DNA of 43,054 nt from a virus (Duplodnaviria > Caudoviricetes), in the IMG/VR virus record IMGVR_UViG_3300020582_000014, positions 1 to 43,054 of that record. The stretch is one strand, 5' to 3'. The translations under genes were made by a program, and so were the position numbers. The notes under the pieces are model-generated. The model was not told the origin of the DNA, did no database searches, and saw only the letters and a program-made list of their open reading frames with translations. Below, piece by piece: positions 10,279-19,386 of this stretch (position 1 is the first letter of the stretch; the number at the start of each line of letters is the position of its first letter).

Positions 10279-11550
10279 TCAAAGCGCCCCGTTGACGCGA
10301 CTGATCGCGTTCTGGATCGCTTCGCGGCGACCGACTTTTTTCTCTGACTTCCTCGACGCTCCGTTTGAGGGAGCCACGCCGGGTGCGCCGGAGATACTTT
10401 TGTCGGTAGGTCGGGTCTGAGCCGATGTGGTGCGGGTCTGAGCCGCATGTGTGGTCGGGCGGAGTAGCTCCGCGCGCCGGTAGGCCGTTTCCAGATCGAA
10501 ACCGAATTGCAGTTCGTTCTGGATCAGTTCGCCAAGTTCATCGAACCTCGGATGCGCGTCGGCGAACTGATCGACTGCGCTCCGGGTGTAGGTGTATTGC
10601 TGCTGAGTATGCATCTGGTTCAGGGCATTTTTCAAGCCTGCGATTTCCTGATGCAGCGCACCGATTTGATGACTGTTCGCCGCCTGCGCGTTCTGCTGCT
10701 GCAGCAGCTTGTGCTGCTCGGGCGACTGGTTGAGGACGTGGTAGGCGATGTCGCGCAGGTTCAGCTTGCGGCCATCGGGCGTGCGCAAGTTGAGATTGTT
10801 GACGATGACGTCGAGGCCACCGACCACGTCGGAGCGAAGCTTCTGCTCCATCGAAACGTAGTTCGAGAGCGCGCGGTTGAGCGTGGTGCCGTGGCTCGTC
10901 GCCATTTCCTGAAACTGGCGGATCGAGTTCATGGTGTCGTGGTCGCCGCGATACTGCTTATAGGCTTCGCCGAATTCGTGCTGCATCCGATGCACGTCGC
11001 CGCGCACGCTCTCGGGCGTATCGGCCCAATCAACCTTGGCGCGCTCGGCCATGCGGCTCGGCGGCTCATGGAACGGCACCGTCGGCGGCAGACGCTTCAC
11101 CTGCCGCTGCTGGTCGGCACCCGGCTGCTGGCCAGTCGCTGACCGCGCTTGGCTATTGTTGGCCGCGCTTTGCTGCTCTTGACTTTCGCGCGGCGCGAAC
11201 TGGCCGCGCTCGCCACGCGGCTGATCAGAGGGGCGCCGCTTGAGATCGAGACCCTCGGGCTCGTCCTTGTCGGGCTGTTTTTCGGGCGGCGGATTGTTGT
11301 GACCGGGCTTGGCGTCCGCAGGCTTTGCGGCGGGGCGCGGCGCTGGCTTGGCGTCCTTGGCTGGCGGATTGTTGGCGCGCTCGAACGCGCGCTGAATGGC
11401 TTCCCTGCGGCTTTCTGGACGGTGCTTGGAGCCATCGACTTCGGTGACCGGCTTGTCAGGCGCCTGCGAGCCGACAGGCTGCGGTACGTTGACCGGAGCC
11501 GGATCGATGACCACCTCGTTGACCGGCGCTGCCGGGGCCGCATCTACCAT
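10279..11550 (-). CDS. Scaffolding protein
   Basis: PRGERGQFA motif, disordered N-terminus, LETAYRRA, C-terminal RREAIQNAISR helix; directly upstream of capsid. Confidence 0.75.
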   Translation of the reverse strand: MVDAAPAAPVNEVVIDPAPVNVPQPVGSQAPDKPVTEVDGSKHRPESRREAIQRAFERANNPPAKDAKPAPRPAAKPADAKPGHNNPPPEKQPDKDEPEGLDLKRRPSDQPRGERGQFAPRESQEQQSAANNSQARSATGQQPGADQQRQVKRLPPTVPFHEPPSRMAERAKVDWADTPESVRGDVHRMQHEFGEAYKQYRGDHDTMNSIRQFQEMATSHGTTLNRALSNYVSMEQKLRSDVVGGLDVIVNNLNLRTPDGRKLNLRDIAYHVLNQSPEQHKLLQQQNAQAANSHQIGALHQEIAGLKNALNQMHTQQQYTYTRSAVDQFADAHPRFDELGELIQNELQFGFDLETAYRRAELLRPTTHAAQTRTTSAQTRPTDKSISGAPGVAPSNGASRKSEKKVGRREAIQNAISRVNGAL

Positions 11551-11559
11551 TGTCTTCTC

Positions 11560-11859
11560 CTACAATTTGGCGCGCTCCAGCGCGGCCTTGATCGACCGAC
11601 GCCGTGCGTCCTTGGCGGCGCGGGTTTCACTCGCGCGTTGCTTGGGTTTGGGTTTTTCGTTGCCGACCTCGGTCAGGCCGTGAGCCCTGCCGACGGCGCG
11701 AAAGGCGCGCTTGCTGGTGTAGAATTTGCCGTCGACCTGTTCGGTCGGCTCCATCTGGTCGGAAATGATGTAGGGCAGCGGAAGGTCGGAACGCGCGGGC
11801 TTCAGCGGCGGTCTATCGACGCGCCATTTTCCCGGCGCGACTTCGATCAGCTTGACCAT
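11560..11859 (-). CDS. Small conserved head-module protein
   Basis: IISD...VDGKFYTSKRAFR...EVGNE; ends RRRSIKAALER. Confidence 0.65.
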   Translation of the reverse strand: MVKLIEVAPGKWRVDRPPLKPARSDLPLPYIISDQMEPTEQVDGKFYTSKRAFRAVGRAHGLTEVGNEKPKPKQRASETRAAKDARRRSIKAALERAKL

Positions 11860-12037
11860 TGTCTTCAAGAACAAGGGGCGCGGTGACGTAGACCACCGGC
11901 AGGCCGAACGCGGCGACCTGTGTGACGGGCACGCCGAGACCGTTGACGGCTTCTTCGACCGGCATGCCGGGACCGGTCGCCGTCACGTCGATCACCGGCA
12001 GGCCGCCCTTGGCCACCGTCACCACGGGAACACCCAT
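11813..12037 (-). CDS. 74-aa protein of five G[LVM]PV repeats
   Basis: ATG overlaps upstream TGA; GVPVVTV, GLPVIDV, GMPVEEA, GVPVTQV, GLPVVYV. Confidence 0.6.
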   Translation of the reverse strand: MGVPVVTVAKGGLPVIDVTATGPGMPVEEAVNGLGVPVTQVAAFGLPVVYVTAPLVLEDNGQADRSRAGKMARR

Positions 12038-12534
12038 CAGCGTTTCCTTCTGGCCGGATGCATCGGTTGGAAGTCGCCGTCCTCGGCGGCGGCATCGATC
12101 TCGTCCTCCAGATCGTCGGGATCGGCTTCCGACTTGTGCTGTGCGGCTTCCGGCTGGTCCTGCGGCGAGAAGGTGAAATCGACTTCGTTCGAGAGCAACG
12201 TGGTGCCGTTCCTGACCTGCACCTTCACCACGTCGGGGTTTTGCCACAGCGACGGCTTGACGCCGGTCGAGAGCGTGCCGTCGTCGTTCACCGTCGTCGG
12301 CTCGTCGTAGCCCGCGAAATGGATCACGCTGCCTTGGTAGAAGCCGGTGCCCGCGACAAACAGCGTGAAGTCGGGACTGCCGATGACGCAACTGTTCGGC
12401 ATCAGTCCCGAGATCACCGGTTCGACATCCGGCATTTCCGTCGGCAACTGCGGCGGCTCGTTGATCGAGACCGGCGTCACCATCGTGGTTCTGCCGGGAC
12501 CATCCGGCTCGTTGATGCTCTTGATGCCCATCAC
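12037..12534 (-). CDS. IPT/TIG (Ig-like) domain protein, probable head decoration
   Basis: PVISGLMPNS...LFVAGTGF..GSVIHF...VQVRNG...SNEVDFTF. Confidence 0.75.
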   Translation of the reverse strand: MMGIKSINEPDGPGRTTMVTPVSINEPPQLPTEMPDVEPVISGLMPNSCVIGSPDFTLFVAGTGFYQGSVIHFAGYDEPTTVNDDGTLSTGVKPSLWQNPDVVKVQVRNGTTLLSNEVDFTFSPQDQPEAAQHKSEADPDDLEDEIDAAAEDGDFQPMHPARRKR

Positions 12535-13202
12535 ACGAACGTCCAGTTCGAGGCCGCCGACGGCGTGCCGTTGGTCACCACCGTGACCGGCGTGGTGCCA
12601 GCGGAATTCCGGTGCGGCGCGTTCGGCGCTTCCAGCGTGGTCGCGTTGACGAAGTTGGTTTGCTGCGCGATGCCGCCGACAGCGATGATCGAGTTTTGCT
12701 GGAAGCCGGTGCCGGTCACCGTCAACGCCCCGCTGCCGCCCGTGCCCGCGATGTTGTTCGGCGCCAGAGCGGTGATGGTCGGCGGCGTCACAGGCGCTTG
12801 GCTCGACGGGTGCGAAGCGTTCGGCGTGTTGGTGTAGTTGCCCATCACGGTGATCGACTGCGTGTTGTTCGGATCGTTGTCCACCACGACCGTGCCGGTC
12901 GCCTCGGGCGCGGGGCCGGAGCCGCCGGTCGGCGCCGCAATCGCGGTCGGCGAACCGGCTTCGTTGGGGCTGGCGGGGCCGACGGGCGGACTGACGCCCG
13001 CTGCGGGCACCAGCGCCGCGTCTGCCGAACTGATCGGCGGCGAGCCGGTGGTGACGTAGGAAATGTTGGTCGGCGGCGTCGGGTTGGCGACGGTGACGGT
13101 CAGACCAGAGGCAGCAAGCGGATTGACCTCGGCCTTGGTGTCGCGCTCCATCACTTCGCCGTCGTCATCGTGCTTTCGCTTGTCGTCCTTGTGCTTGATC
13201 AT
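12531..13202 (-). CDS. Protein with C-terminal IPT/TIG domain, probable head decoration
   Basis: PTITALAPN...LTVTGTGF...FVNATTL...VTVVT. Confidence 0.75.
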   Translation of the reverse strand: MIKHKDDKRKHDDDGEVMERDTKAEVNPLAASGLTVTVANPTPPTNISYVTTGSPPISSADAALVPAAGVSPPVGPASPNEAGSPTAIAAPTGGSGPAPEATGTVVVDNDPNNTQSITVMGNYTNTPNASHPSSQAPVTPPTITALAPNNIAGTGGSGALTVTGTGFQQNSIIAVGGIAQQTNFVNATTLEAPNAPHRNSAGTTPVTVVTNGTPSAASNWTFV

Positions 13203-13203
13203 G

Positions 13204-14517
13204 TCAGTCGTCTCCCGGTTGGTAATCATTTTGCGTAGCGAGGCCGCCCATCGTCACGCCGCCAAGTCCCAATAGCGGAGCCTTGCCGCGCATCATTTGC
13301 GACAACGCCTCTGCCGGTGAGATGCCGCGCGCCGCTGCGGTTTTGTTGGCGCGATTTTCCACCGACCGCATGAACGGATCGCCCGCCACGCTTTCGAGCC
13401 CGGTCAGCTTGCCGCCACCGGCCCACGCCGCCGCCTGCGCCTGCGCTGGCGTCATTCCGGCATCTGCCGCGAGCCGTTTATAAAACTGCTCCATCGCCCC
13501 GTATTCGTTCGGGTTCGGTTTCGAAGCCCAGTACACCGGGCGCTGCACCGCATCCTGCATGCTGATGTCGCCGCTCTGCAGCATCCGCCTCGGATAGATC
13601 GACGGCTCGCCCTTCTCCAACTTGATCGAGGTGGCGATAAAGTTCGGGTCTTGCGCGATCATCGCGGGCAACTTGAAGGCGTGCGCGTCGACCGTGACCG
13701 GCGCAAAATTTCCCTGCAGGTTCTGGCTGAACGACAGCGGCTTCGGATTGTCGGTGGGATCGAAATATTCTCCCGACCGGATTTTCTCGGCGTTCATCCG
13801 GTGCAGGTTCTGCGCCATGTGACCATACGGCTCGGGGTTGCTGCCGCCTTGAGGCGGTACCGGCTCGCCGCGCCGTTCGAGGCCGTAGTAATAGCTGGCG
13901 TTGCGCGCGTTGGTCTCGACGTCGGACCTCGGCGAGGTCGCGGCGACATAATCCATGTATCGCTCGAACCCTTGCGGACCCTCGGTCTTGCCAAGCTCGT
14001 CAATGAACGCCTGCCGCAGCGGTTCATTGTGATAGAAGGTCTGCGCGTTCATGTTCTTGCCCGCATCGATGTAGTTGAGCATCTGGTCCTGAACGTCCTT
14101 GTTGTTGACCAAATTTTCGACCCGCCCGCTGACGCCGCGAGGCGGATCGTAGCGCGGCAGATCAAACTGCGGGACGTCGGGCACCTCGTTGATCTTCGAA
14201 TAATCGAACAAGGTCGGCTTCGGCGCCTCGGCGACTTCCGACGACAGCACGCGGCCCATCGTCGGGGCCTTGGTCGCCAGTCCACCGCCCGAAAACCCCA
14301 TCGCCAAGCCCATCGCATCGCCGATGTCCTGCTCGGTGATACGAATTCGAGGGTTCGAACTTGGCACCGCTATCGGCGAATTCGGGTCTCGCGGCGGCGG
14401 TGGCGCCAGCAAGCCTTGGACTGCACTGCCGACCACGGGGTTGGCAAACTTCTCTGCAGCGAACGGGTCGTAACTGTCTTGATCGGCGAGATCGCCCATC
14501 GACCACGTGTCGCTCAT
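13204..14517 (-). CDS. Portal-adjacent protein with HhH-GPD DNA-glycosylase-like domain
   Basis: AATSPR, PK-x17-D-x-H (VTVDAH) and TPAQAQAAAW motifs; ATGA overlap with the portal stop. Confidence 0.6.
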   Translation of the reverse strand: MSDTWSMGDLADQDSYDPFAAEKFANPVVGSAVQGLLAPPPPRDPNSPIAVPSSNPRIRITEQDIGDAMGLAMGFSGGGLATKAPTMGRVLSSEVAEAPKPTLFDYSKINEVPDVPQFDLPRYDPPRGVSGRVENLVNNKDVQDQMLNYIDAGKNMNAQTFYHNEPLRQAFIDELGKTEGPQGFERYMDYVAATSPRSDVETNARNASYYYGLERRGEPVPPQGGSNPEPYGHMAQNLHRMNAEKIRSGEYFDPTDNPKPLSFSQNLQGNFAPVTVDAHAFKLPAMIAQDPNFIATSIKLEKGEPSIYPRRMLQSGDISMQDAVQRPVYWASKPNPNEYGAMEQFYKRLAADAGMTPAQAQAAAWAGGGKLTGLESVAGDPFMRSVENRANKTAAARGISPAEALSQMMRGKAPLLGLGGVTMGGLATQNDYQPGDD

Positions 14518-16847
14518 GGCTGAAACGGTCCTGGCTGCGTCATCTTGAATTGCTGCGCGGCCTGACGCTCACGTTGGCGCTGCTGCATGTCGTCCATCTT
14601 CATGGTGTGCTGCTGCTGCGCGAGGTCGGCCTTTTGCCGGTCGGCTTCGATCTCGGCCTGCGTCTTGATCATGTCCTGCTGGTGGCTCTCGCGGTCGTTC
14701 ATCATTTGCATATTGAGATGCTGGGTTTTCTCGGCGGTCTCGGCGCTGGAAGCCTGCACCTCCAGTTGCTTCATGTTGTACTGGTTCTGCAGTTCTAGTT
14801 TTTTATGAGTATCCTGCATTTGAAGCTTCTGGGTCTCGAGCGCGGTGTCGGCCTTTATCTTCTGTTGCGCGGTCTGGTCCTTCATGGTCTCGATCTGCAG
14901 CGCAGTCTGGTTCTGCTTGTCGGCTTGGCCGGGTTGCGGCGGCTGCTCGGCCATCTGCTTCATCTGGTCGACCAGATCGTCCACCGCGCCGTCGAGCGAG
15001 CGGCCTGCACGGAACGGCGCCACCGCGAACTTCAAAATCTCGCCGCAGAATTCCGCCGTCTTCGGCTGCACCGTGATCATCTGCGTCAGTTGCGGCAGCA
15101 GTTGCGCCAGCATGCCGACAAACTCGCTGCGCTGCTGCTTCTCGGCCTGCTCGTTCGGCACAATCGTGCTGTCGGTCTCGATGTCGAGCACGAAGCTCTT
15201 CATCCGGCTGTCCTTGATCAGTTTCAGCACCTGATCGAGCGTCGGCTGCGCCATGATCTTGGCAATGGCCTGCTGGCCCTGCTGGATCAGTTGCTGACCC
15301 ATCTGCTGCACCTGCTGCATCTGCTGCGGGTTTTGCTGGGCCATTTGCTGGAGTTGCGGGTTTTGTTGCACGGCCCTTGGCAGCAACTGCATCGCCTGTT
15401 GCTGCTTTTGCATTTGATCGGCGATGTCGGTGGCCTGCTTTTTCTGCATCGCGTTGGTCGGCAACTGGGTCTGGGTCATGTCGATCATCGTCGCGGTCGA
15501 GAACTTCTCGGTGATGATCTCGGTGGTGATCTCGACAAGGTCACGTGACAACCGCACCAGTTCGGCCTGCTTGTCGCGGATGCGGGTCGAGCCGTACTCC
15601 GACTTCATCTGCTGCGCGCCCAGCGTCTCCTGCGGATCGGTGGCGCCGCGCATGATGTCGGACAGCCCGGTGATCTGGTAGATATCCTGAATGAGTTGCT
15701 GGCGCAGCGTCACCAACTGCGTCACGGTTTGCGCGATCATGTCGATGGGCAACCAGATGATCACTTCGCTGGAGCCGCCGAACGCAGCCCAGTTCGAGAT
15801 CGGCACCAGCACGCGACCCGGCGTCTTGACCGCAATCGCGGCCTGTATCGCATCGGCAAGCTCGGCGCCGCCCGCCGGATAGAAGCCCTTGGCTTCCAGC
15901 GCATCACTGAGCGCATGGATGCGCCCGGTGAGCAGGTTCACTTCCTCAAGCTGGTCCTTGTACTGCATCACGTCGGGAACCGGCACCAGCGAGCCGCGCT
16001 GCACGGTGCCGTAGGCGGGCTTCGGGCACGGGAAGAATTGTCTCAACTCAAGGTGCGGATCGTCCTCATCGAGGATCAGTTCGCAGCCTTTGGCGACCCA
16101 CAGCACACGCTGGTCGGCCTTGCTCCAGATTTCCCAGAATTTGGCGCGCTCGCGGTTGTCAGCGCCGCCGACCTGCTGGGTGTCCTTGTCGACGCGGTAC
16201 TCGGCCTTCTGATATTCGTCGCCAGAGGTCTTGCGAAACCGTTTCCTCGCCTCGCCGCGCGTCAGGTAGCTCGCGGCGGCGACCCATGTCACCTCGCGCC
16301 AGTTGCGCGACACCGAGTGCAGGAAATCCTTGCGGTGCTTGAAATCGATGCAGACCTGTTCGCTCTGGTAGTAGCCTTCCTTCGCGCTCTCGTAGCGGCA
16401 CCATGCCACGCCGCGATCAAGGATCGCGAGGTCGTCGCGGATCAGCTTCATCAACTCGTCAATGCCGGTGAGATCGAAGGCGACCACCGCGCACCGCTCC
16501 ATGAATTCCGCCGCCGCCTGATACACCGGCCTGCGGTCCATGAACTTCGGCACCACCACCGGGACCGGCGGCCTCGCATAGATCGAGGGCGCGATCACCT
16601 GAATGTTGGCCCAGAACATCTGGAATTCTTTGTCGCGCAGCATGTTGGCGAGACGGTCGAGCGAAGCGAACTGCTTGTCGATGTTGTCGGCGTGGGTGTT
16701 GTATTTCTCGAAGGCGTCCTCGCTCTCCTCCAGCAGGTTGAGCCACGCCTTGGCCTTCTTGGGCTCGATGGCCGGGTTGAACTCCTCGTCATCGAAGCGA
16801 ATGTCTTCGGCAACCGGCTCGGTGGCGTAGGGTTCGTCAGCCATCAC
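14514..16847 (-). CDS. Portal protein (P22-like, with Q-rich C-terminal barrel)
   Basis: 777 aa downstream of TerL; FFPCPKP, ITGLSDIMRG, ETLGAQ motifs; coiled-coil C-terminus. Confidence 0.85.
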   Translation of the reverse strand: MMADEPYATEPVAEDIRFDDEEFNPAIEPKKAKAWLNLLEESEDAFEKYNTHADNIDKQFASLDRLANMLRDKEFQMFWANIQVIAPSIYARPPVPVVVPKFMDRRPVYQAAAEFMERCAVVAFDLTGIDELMKLIRDDLAILDRGVAWCRYESAKEGYYQSEQVCIDFKHRKDFLHSVSRNWREVTWVAAASYLTRGEARKRFRKTSGDEYQKAEYRVDKDTQQVGGADNRERAKFWEIWSKADQRVLWVAKGCELILDEDDPHLELRQFFPCPKPAYGTVQRGSLVPVPDVMQYKDQLEEVNLLTGRIHALSDALEAKGFYPAGGAELADAIQAAIAVKTPGRVLVPISNWAAFGGSSEVIIWLPIDMIAQTVTQLVTLRQQLIQDIYQITGLSDIMRGATDPQETLGAQQMKSEYGSTRIRDKQAELVRLSRDLVEITTEIITEKFSTATMIDMTQTQLPTNAMQKKQATDIADQMQKQQQAMQLLPRAVQQNPQLQQMAQQNPQQMQQVQQMGQQLIQQGQQAIAKIMAQPTLDQVLKLIKDSRMKSFVLDIETDSTIVPNEQAEKQQRSEFVGMLAQLLPQLTQMITVQPKTAEFCGEILKFAVAPFRAGRSLDGAVDDLVDQMKQMAEQPPQPGQADKQNQTALQIETMKDQTAQQKIKADTALETQKLQMQDTHKKLELQNQYNMKQLEVQASSAETAEKTQHLNMQMMNDRESHQQDMIKTQAEIEADRQKADLAQQQHTMKMDDMQQRQRERQAAQQFKMTQPGPFQP

Positions 16848-17098
16848 GCGTCACAGGGCCGGGAGTAGACGTTGGCGTTGCGGATATTTTCGTTGAACGC
16901 CTCGGCGAAATCATCGAGGTCGAAGGCGGGGCTGCTTCTGGCGGTGTGCATCATTACGGTGAACAGCGCCGAGAGCGCCTCGCCAATTTCCAGCGGCGTG
17001 TCGCGATGCTGGACCGAGAACGTGTCGATGGTGTCGATGATGGCATCGATCAGGCCACAGACGTTCTTGACGGTCTTGGGATCGGGCGTTCGGTTCAT
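16844..17098 (-). CDS. Hypothetical protein
   Basis: 84 aa, coupled to terL and portal. Confidence 0.6.
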   Translation of the reverse strand: MNRTPDPKTVKNVCGLIDAIIDTIDTFSVQHRDTPLEIGEALSALFTVMMHTARSSPAFDLDDFAEAFNENIRNANVYSRPCDA

Positions 17099-18456
17099 AG
17101 AATAATTCCCCTTCGCGGTTCAGCCGGTGGCGGGATCACCCACCCCGACTGCGGCACGCTGGTCGTCTTCGGCTTCATTCGGTTCGGACCTCGCCATGCT
17201 TGGGCCAGGTATCGCATCGCGTCGGCGAAGTGCGAGGTCCAGTCGTGGACGGCGGAAGCACGGAACGCTTTGCGCTCGTCGTCCCATTCCCTGCGATATT
17301 GTTCGAGCGCCGAGATGCCTTCCTCGCAGCGCGGATGAAACACGCACAGCGGCAACAGCCGCCGCACCGCGTTGATGCCGTCGGCAACCGTCGACAGCGG
17401 GATCAGCATCGGGTGCAGGTTCATCGAGGTCATGGTCTCGACGCGCGTCCTGCCCGTCCCCCACTCCTTGATCTTGGCATCGTGCGGCACGTAGTCGGTG
17501 CCGTCGCGCCAGTTGTGGATGCGGCAGCGGCTCTCGATCACCTCGGCGAAGTGCTCGACGCCGACGCCGCTCGCCGAATAGCAATCGAGGATGAAGACCT
17601 GCGAGCCGACGGTCTGGAACCACCAGATCGCGGTGTCGTCACGGACACCCAAGTCCCATGCGCGGTGAACCGGCGCATCGATGGCCTCGATCTCGACAAT
17701 GCGTTCCTCGGAGCGCACCGCCGCCATTTCCAGCGCATAGAAGGCGCCGAGAATGGCGGCGTTCCAGCTACACAGATACTCTTGCTGAAAGGCGGCGCGC
17801 CCCATGTCCTCGCCGTAGAGCGCGATGTACTCGGCGAGCGCATCGTCAAGCTCGGCGTCGGTGAGCGCACCGGTATCGCGCGCCGTCAACAGTTCGCAGA
17901 ACCAGTTTGGATTGCCACTGGCGTGGTCGTACATCGACTTGGCGTGGTTGTGACCGCGCGGCGTGGTGATGAAGATGCCCCAGCCCTTGTTCTCCTGAAG
18001 CATCGGGCGGTGGTAGGCCCACGCACTCGGGTTGGCCAAAGCCCATTCCGAATAAGTAATCCCGGCGACACCAGCGCCGACGGTGGCGTCGTAGCGGTCG
18101 GAACCGATCAACTGCCACGTCGAGCCGTTCTTAAATCTTATGAACATTTCGTTATCGGAAATGTTTTCCCGCAGCGCATCGGGGAACGCTTCATCGATCC
18201 GGCGGCGCCCGGTATTCGCATTGATTGCGGTCCAGATCGCCTTGCGGGCCTGCAGGTATTCCGGCAGACAATGCCAGTAGTTACCGGGACGTTGCATTGC
18301 GCTGACAGCAGCGTGGTGCAAGCATATTTCGTCTTTTCCGGCCCTGCGGTGCCACACCGCCAAAGCCCGGTCACCCCCGCCTTGCAAATACTCCCATAGT
18401 CGCATTTGATGGGAACGGGGTAGCCAGCCGTTATGAGGCAACTCAATGTCAGGCAA
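17095..18456 (-). CDS. terL: Terminase large subunit
   Basis: Walker A WHRRAGKD, Walker B YSE, ITTPRG, FQQEY, nuclease WDLG..D and SHFADA; TTG start. Confidence 0.95.
   Translation of the reverse strand: MPDIELPHNGWLPRSHQMRLWEYLQGGGDRALAVWHRRAGKDEICLHHAAVSAMQRPGNYWHCLPEYLQARKAIWTAINANTGRRRIDEAFPDALRENISDNEMFIRFKNGSTWQLIGSDRYDATVGAGVAGITYSEWALANPSAWAYHRPMLQENKGWGIFITTPRGHNHAKSMYDHASGNPNWFCELLTARDTGALTDAELDDALAEYIALYGEDMGRAAFQQEYLCSWNAAILGAFYALEMAAVRSEERIVEIEAIDAPVHRAWDLGVRDDTAIWWFQTVGSQVFILDCYSASGVGVEHFAEVIESRCRIHNWRDGTDYVPHDAKIKEWGTGRTRVETMTSMNLHPMLIPLSTVADGINAVRRLLPLCVFHPRCEEGISALEQYRREWDDERKAFRASAVHDWTSHFADAMRYLAQAWRGPNRMKPKTTSVPQSGWVIPPPAEPRRGIIL
18399..18415. promoter_or_regulatory. Putative repressor operator inside terL
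   Basis: Reverse complement TTCCCA-TCAAA-TGCGAC, 14/17 to the site at 33433; 30 nt before the plus-strand ATG at 18446. Confidence 0.55.
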
Positions 18457-18739
18457 GGATCACCACACCAATCTCGGCGACGCACCCATCGAACCGCAGT
18501 ACGTCCAGCAAATGCACGCGGTCGCACACGTGCTCGATGACTTGTTCAACGGTGAACTCAGAGGCAAAGACCGCCCGACCGGTTTCGTGCTGATGGTGTT
18601 TCCGTTCGAAGGGCCGTCGTCGGGCGATGGCCGCTGCAACTACATTTCGAACGGCGCTGCCCGTGACGACATCGTCACCTTGATGAAGGAGATGATCGCG
18701 AGGTTCGAAGGCCAACCGGAGATGAAGGGGCGCGCGTGA
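18446..18739 (+). CDS. Conserved hypothetical phage protein
   Basis: GAGG RBS; GFVLMVFPF...RCNYISNGAARDD; overlaps terL start head-to-head. Confidence 0.7.
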   Translation: MSGKDHHTNLGDAPIEPQYVQQMHAVAHVLDDLFNGELRGKDRPTGFVLMVFPFEGPSSGDGRCNYISNGAARDDIVTLMKEMIARFEGQPEMKGRA

Positions 18740-19377
18740 TGCTGAACGCTTCGATCAAAGACATTCCAATCCCGCCACGCATGGCGCGCAGGCCGGTCGA
18801 CCGGCGCGGTTTTCCGGTGCCGTGGTTCGTCGCCAAGATCGACGGCGAGTGGGACTTCCGCGTCATCGCGCCCGGCGCAATGGTGCGGGCCTATCGGCAG
18901 CGGCTGTGTTGGCTGTGCGGCGAACCGCTGGGCCGTTACCTGACGTTTGTGATCGGGCCGATGTGCGCGATCAACCGCGTCAACAGCGAGCCGCCGTCGC
19001 ACCACGACTGCGCGATCTACGCGTTGAAAGCCTGTCCGTTCATTGCAAGGCCGAACATGCGCCGCAACGAAAAGGATTTGCCGGAGGAGTACCTCAACGC
19101 CGCTGGCATCCACATTCCGCACAACCCCGGCGTCATGCTGCTGTGGGTCACCCACAGCTACAAGCCGTTCGATGCAGGCAACGGCGTGCTGTTCGAACTC
19201 GGGCCGCCGTGCGAGGCGGTGTTCTACCGCGAGGGACGGCCTGCCACGCGCGCCGAAATCCTCGACGCCATCAACAAGGGCCTGCCGCATCTGCGCGAGG
19301 CCGCAAAAGCCGACGGCGGCGAAAAACAACTGGACGCCGAGATTGAGCGCGCCATGAAACTGCTCCCGGCAGCGTGA
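18736..19377 (+). CDS. Cys/His-rich (Zn-binding) hypothetical protein
   Basis: RGFPVPWF, CWLCG, EPPSHHDC, ACPF; coupled to previous gene. Confidence 0.75.
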   Translation: MMLNASIKDIPIPPRMARRPVDRRGFPVPWFVAKIDGEWDFRVIAPGAMVRAYRQRLCWLCGEPLGRYLTFVIGPMCAINRVNSEPPSHHDCAIYALKACPFIARPNMRRNEKDLPEEYLNAAGIHIPHNPGVMLLWVTHSYKPFDAGNGVLFELGPPCEAVFYREGRPATRAEILDAINKGLPHLREAAKADGGEKQLDAEIERAMKLLPAA

Positions 19378-19386
19378 GGCCATGCG

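Noticed and set aside
10412-10445. CGGGTCTGAGCCG tandem repeat
   Set aside because: Encodes the AQTR peptide repeat in the scaffold; two copies only, not a CRISPR or iteron array
367-18399. Long plus-strand ORFs opposite the structural genes (e.g. 1693-3027, 6228-7589, 9383-10420, 15696-16868, 17200-18399)
   Set aside because: Antisense shadows of high-GC coding sequence; no motifs or RBS, and the minus-strand genes are tightly coupled
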